Of a DNA stretch of 64,000 nucleotides, positions 61,241 to 64,000 are shown piece after piece; positions within the stretch are counted from its first letter, which is position 1; each line of letters starts with the position of its first letter. Source of the stretch: Antedon mediterranea. Lineage: Eukaryota > Animalia > Echinodermata. Made by a program: the position numbers and the translations under genes. The stretch lies in contig NC_092670.1 in assembly GCF_964355755.1 (NCBI RefSeq), positions 32,538,388-32,602,387 on the forward strand. The letters are read 5' to 3'. The notes under the pieces were generated by a model that was given only the letters and a program-made list of their open reading frames with translations, searched no databases and was not told the DNA's origin.

Positions 61241-62330
61241 ATGATACTCTCGCACATAAAATAAATAACAAATAGCACCTCTAGTTGTCTGAAAACAATA
61301 CTCTCACACATAAAATAAATGACACCTCTAGTTGGCTAAAAATGATACTCTCGCACATATAAAATTCATAATAAATGGCACCTCTAGTTGCCTGAAAATG
61401 ATACTCTTGCACATATAAAATTCATAATAAATGACACCTCTAGTTGCCTGAAAATGATACTCTCGCACATAAAATAAATAATAAATGACACCTCTAGTTG
61501 GCTGAAAATGATACTCTCGCACATAAAATAAATAATAAATGGCACCTCTAGTTGTCTGAAAATGATACTCTTGCGCATAAAATAAATAATAAAAGGCACC
61601 TCTAGTTGTCTGAAAATGATACTCTCGCACATAAAATAAATAATAAATGGCACCTCTATTTGACTGAAAATGATACTCTCGCACATAAAATAAATAATAA
61701 ATGACACCTCTAGTTGCCTGAAAATGATACTCTCGCACATAAAATAAATAATAAATGACACCTCTAGTTGGCTGAAAATGATACTCTCGCACATAAAATA
61801 AATAATAAATGGCACCTCTAGTTGTCTGACAATGATACTCTTGCACATAAAATAAATAATAAAAGGCACCTCTAGTTGTCTGAAAATGATACTCGCACAT
61901 AAAATAAATAATAAATGGCACCTCTATTTGACTGAAAATGATACTCTCGTACATAAAATAAATAATAAATGACACCTCTAGTTGGCTGAAAATGATACTC
62001 TCGCACATAAAATAAATAATAAATGGCACCTCTAGTTGTCTGAAAATGATACTCTTGCACATAAAATAAATAATAAAAGGCACCTCTAGTTGTCTGAAAA
62101 TGATACTCTCGCACATAAAATAAATAATAAATGGCACCTCTATTTGACTGAAAATGATACTCTCGCACATAAAATAAATAATAAATGACACCTCTAGTTC
62201 ACCGAAAATTATACTCGCACATAAAATAAATAATAAATGACACCTTTACTTGGCCAAGAATGATACTCTTGCAACAAAAAAATAGAATAATTAATAAATT
62301 GCACCTCTAGGTGAATGGGAATTACACTCA
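61241..62330. repeat. 54-bp minisatellite, about 20 copies, in an integrin intron
   Basis: Unit ATGRCACCTCTAGTTGNCTGAAAATGATACTCTCGCACATAAAATAAATAATAA; accounts for the 18-aa-periodic minus-strand ORFs. Confidence 0.95.
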
Positions 62331-62531
62331 CATAAATTCTTTATATTGTTTGAGTTAAACTCAATTAAAACTTTTTCTTTGTTATTATTCTATACTGATT
62401 TAGGGATTTCTTCTTCTATTTTTCTCTGGAAATGTTTTGGTTTGAATTTAATTGATACAAATAATATTTGCACTATAGTAATTGAATTGTTAAATTTGTT
62501 TACTAAGAGCTTTATACTTTATATCTTGTAG

Positions 62532-62621
62532 AAACTACCTGCATTTTTCCATGAAGCAGAGGTGACTGAAATAAAGGAGGATTCTTCAAATGTGGTAGAT
62601 GTAATCACTGATATTTACTCG
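62532..62621 (+). CDS. ITGB: Integrin beta exon
   Basis: KLPAFFHEAEVTEIKEDSSNVVDVITDIYS. Confidence 0.92.
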
Positions 62622-62962
62622 GTAAGAATTGATAAATATGTTTGTTTTCATCTTCAAAATAACTATAACTTGTAATGCACAGAGATCTGCAATGAATATA
62701 GAACCAATATAAAAATGCTATTAATCATCACAATGGTGTCTTTAATTTTTGGTTGAAAATTATACCTAAAAATTTGATAAAATTACCCAAATATTCCCCT
62801 TACCTGCTCAGAAAACAGATGTTTTAGGATTTTCAAAACCATGGATCAAATTGGTCATGAACAACTTTTTTCTGTTCATTCCTTGCAATTTTTCTATACT
62901 CAATTTACCATTGTGTGTTAGAACCATCATATGTTATGTATGTTTTTGTTTAAATTTTTCAG

Positions 62963-63165
62963 TCGATCACCTCCAAAATTGAGATGGATGACAGCATCAC
63001 TGGCGAGTTGAAGGATCTGATCTCTTTGCAGTACACATCTATCTGTGTGGATGGCACCACAACTGCCAATAATAAAGAGTGTGCCAAGTTGGCTTTGGGA
63101 GATACTATCTCCTTCCTGCTTGATATTACAGTTAATAAGTCACTGTGTGATAAAGATGTAAAGTC
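62963..63165 (+). CDS. ITGB: Integrin beta exon (hybrid domain, C-terminal part)
   Basis: SITSKIEM...YTSICVDG..ECAKLALGDTISFLLDITV..CDKDVKS. Confidence 0.92.
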
Positions 63166-63644
63166 GTAAGTATGACATCATCATTACAGTTAAACATCTT
63201 TGTATGGTCACCTTCCATTAACAGAAAATCATTAAAAAAAGTTTGTTCAAACCAGAATGCTGTTGGTACTTCTTGTAAGACTTTACTGTACAACCTTTGA
63301 AAGTTTTTGTAAGGTATTTTACCTCGGAATACAAAGCGGGAAAACAAAACTTTTGTGCTGATTACTAGCTGCAACATTATTTGGAACTGTCCAAACCTGT
63401 TTGATTCAATTACCGAAGTAATAATGTGAATTGCTTAGAAACTTTGAGCATTAAGGCCAATTTACCATGTGGGTTGTCCCATTTCCACAGTGCGCAGAAT
63501 TTTGGAGCGGTGTGGAAGAAAGTAGTTGCTTGTAGGCCTCAAGCACTGCTGGCCTGAACTAGACTAATAAATATGATTGACTGTCCTTTAAGCGATATAT
63601 AAGATTGACATATATTATTATGGTTATTAATATTATTATTAGTA

Positions 63645-63880
63645 CATACATACATACATATGGGATCCGCCTCTTCTACGTTGTAGAACTGGAGTCGAAA
63701 GAAAGTGTGTTCGTTAAGAAATTTCTTCGATTGTGTAATGGCTTTGGCTTGCCTGATTTCCATACTTAAAATATGAGAGATTTTAATCCATGGATCACGA
63801 TAGTACCGTCTTGTTGGAACAGAAAACAGCATCCTTTTTGTAATTGATGTATTCGGTCCTCTACAGATATGACCCACATA
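63645..63880 (-). pseudogene. RTE-clade LINE 3' fragment
   Basis: GHICRGPNTSITKRMLF..RRYYRDPW followed by a (TATG)n tail. Confidence 0.65.
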
Positions 63881-64000
63881 TTATTATTGGTATTAAATTA
63901 CAATGCCAATGACAGAGCCTCAAAGGGTGAATATAAAAAGTCACTGTGGCTTCAACTGTGTTGTTTTATTTGAAAATAAAAATTGATTGGTTATCTTTGA

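Larger units (their letters stand above)
54418..63165 (+). other. ITGB: Integrin beta subunit gene, partial span (signal, PSI, hybrid, beta-I domain); continues beyond the window
   Basis: 12 in-frame coding exons with [47 protein letters not shown]. Confidence 0.95.

Noticed and set aside
61328-62191. 287/161/98-aa minus-strand ORFs
   Set aside because: Translations of the 54-bp minisatellite, with frame switches at unit indels; the array has no unique spacers, so it is not CRISPR-like either

Overview
AT-rich, intron-rich animal genomic DNA; the gene and repeat content suggests an invertebrate deuterostome, probably an echinoderm (inference). Three plus-strand spliced genes were reconstructed by hand from GT-AG boundaries: (1) the last three coding exons of an NRAMP/SLC11A metal transporter (4840-6409), with an intact single-ORF APE-RT LINE (ORF 970-3945) in the preceding intron; (2) a complete 24-coding-exon RECK gene (10014-42442, 2922 nt, 973 aa); (3) the 5' part of an integrin beta gene (likely non-coding exon 1 ending at 46081, coding exons 54418-63165, continuing beyond the window). 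Introns hold Harbinger-type MITEs, Helentron-type HINEs (one nested pair), a foldback element with an 8-bp TSD, two 5S-rRNA-derived SINEs, tRNA-SINE, L2-group and RTE relics, a Penelope-type hammerhead repeat and a 54-bp minisatellite with higher-order structure. The most notable unexplained signals are: a window-wide excess of TA-flanked micro-insertions (TAGGCCTA, TACAGTA), with two empty-versus-filled site pairs inside local duplications; a duplicated splice acceptor forming a possible recursive splice site in the integrin gene; and an eIF4G-like YxRxF(M/L)L motif plus a 130-nt hairpin at the LINE 5' end. Comparisons with human proteins are from recall, not from a database search.
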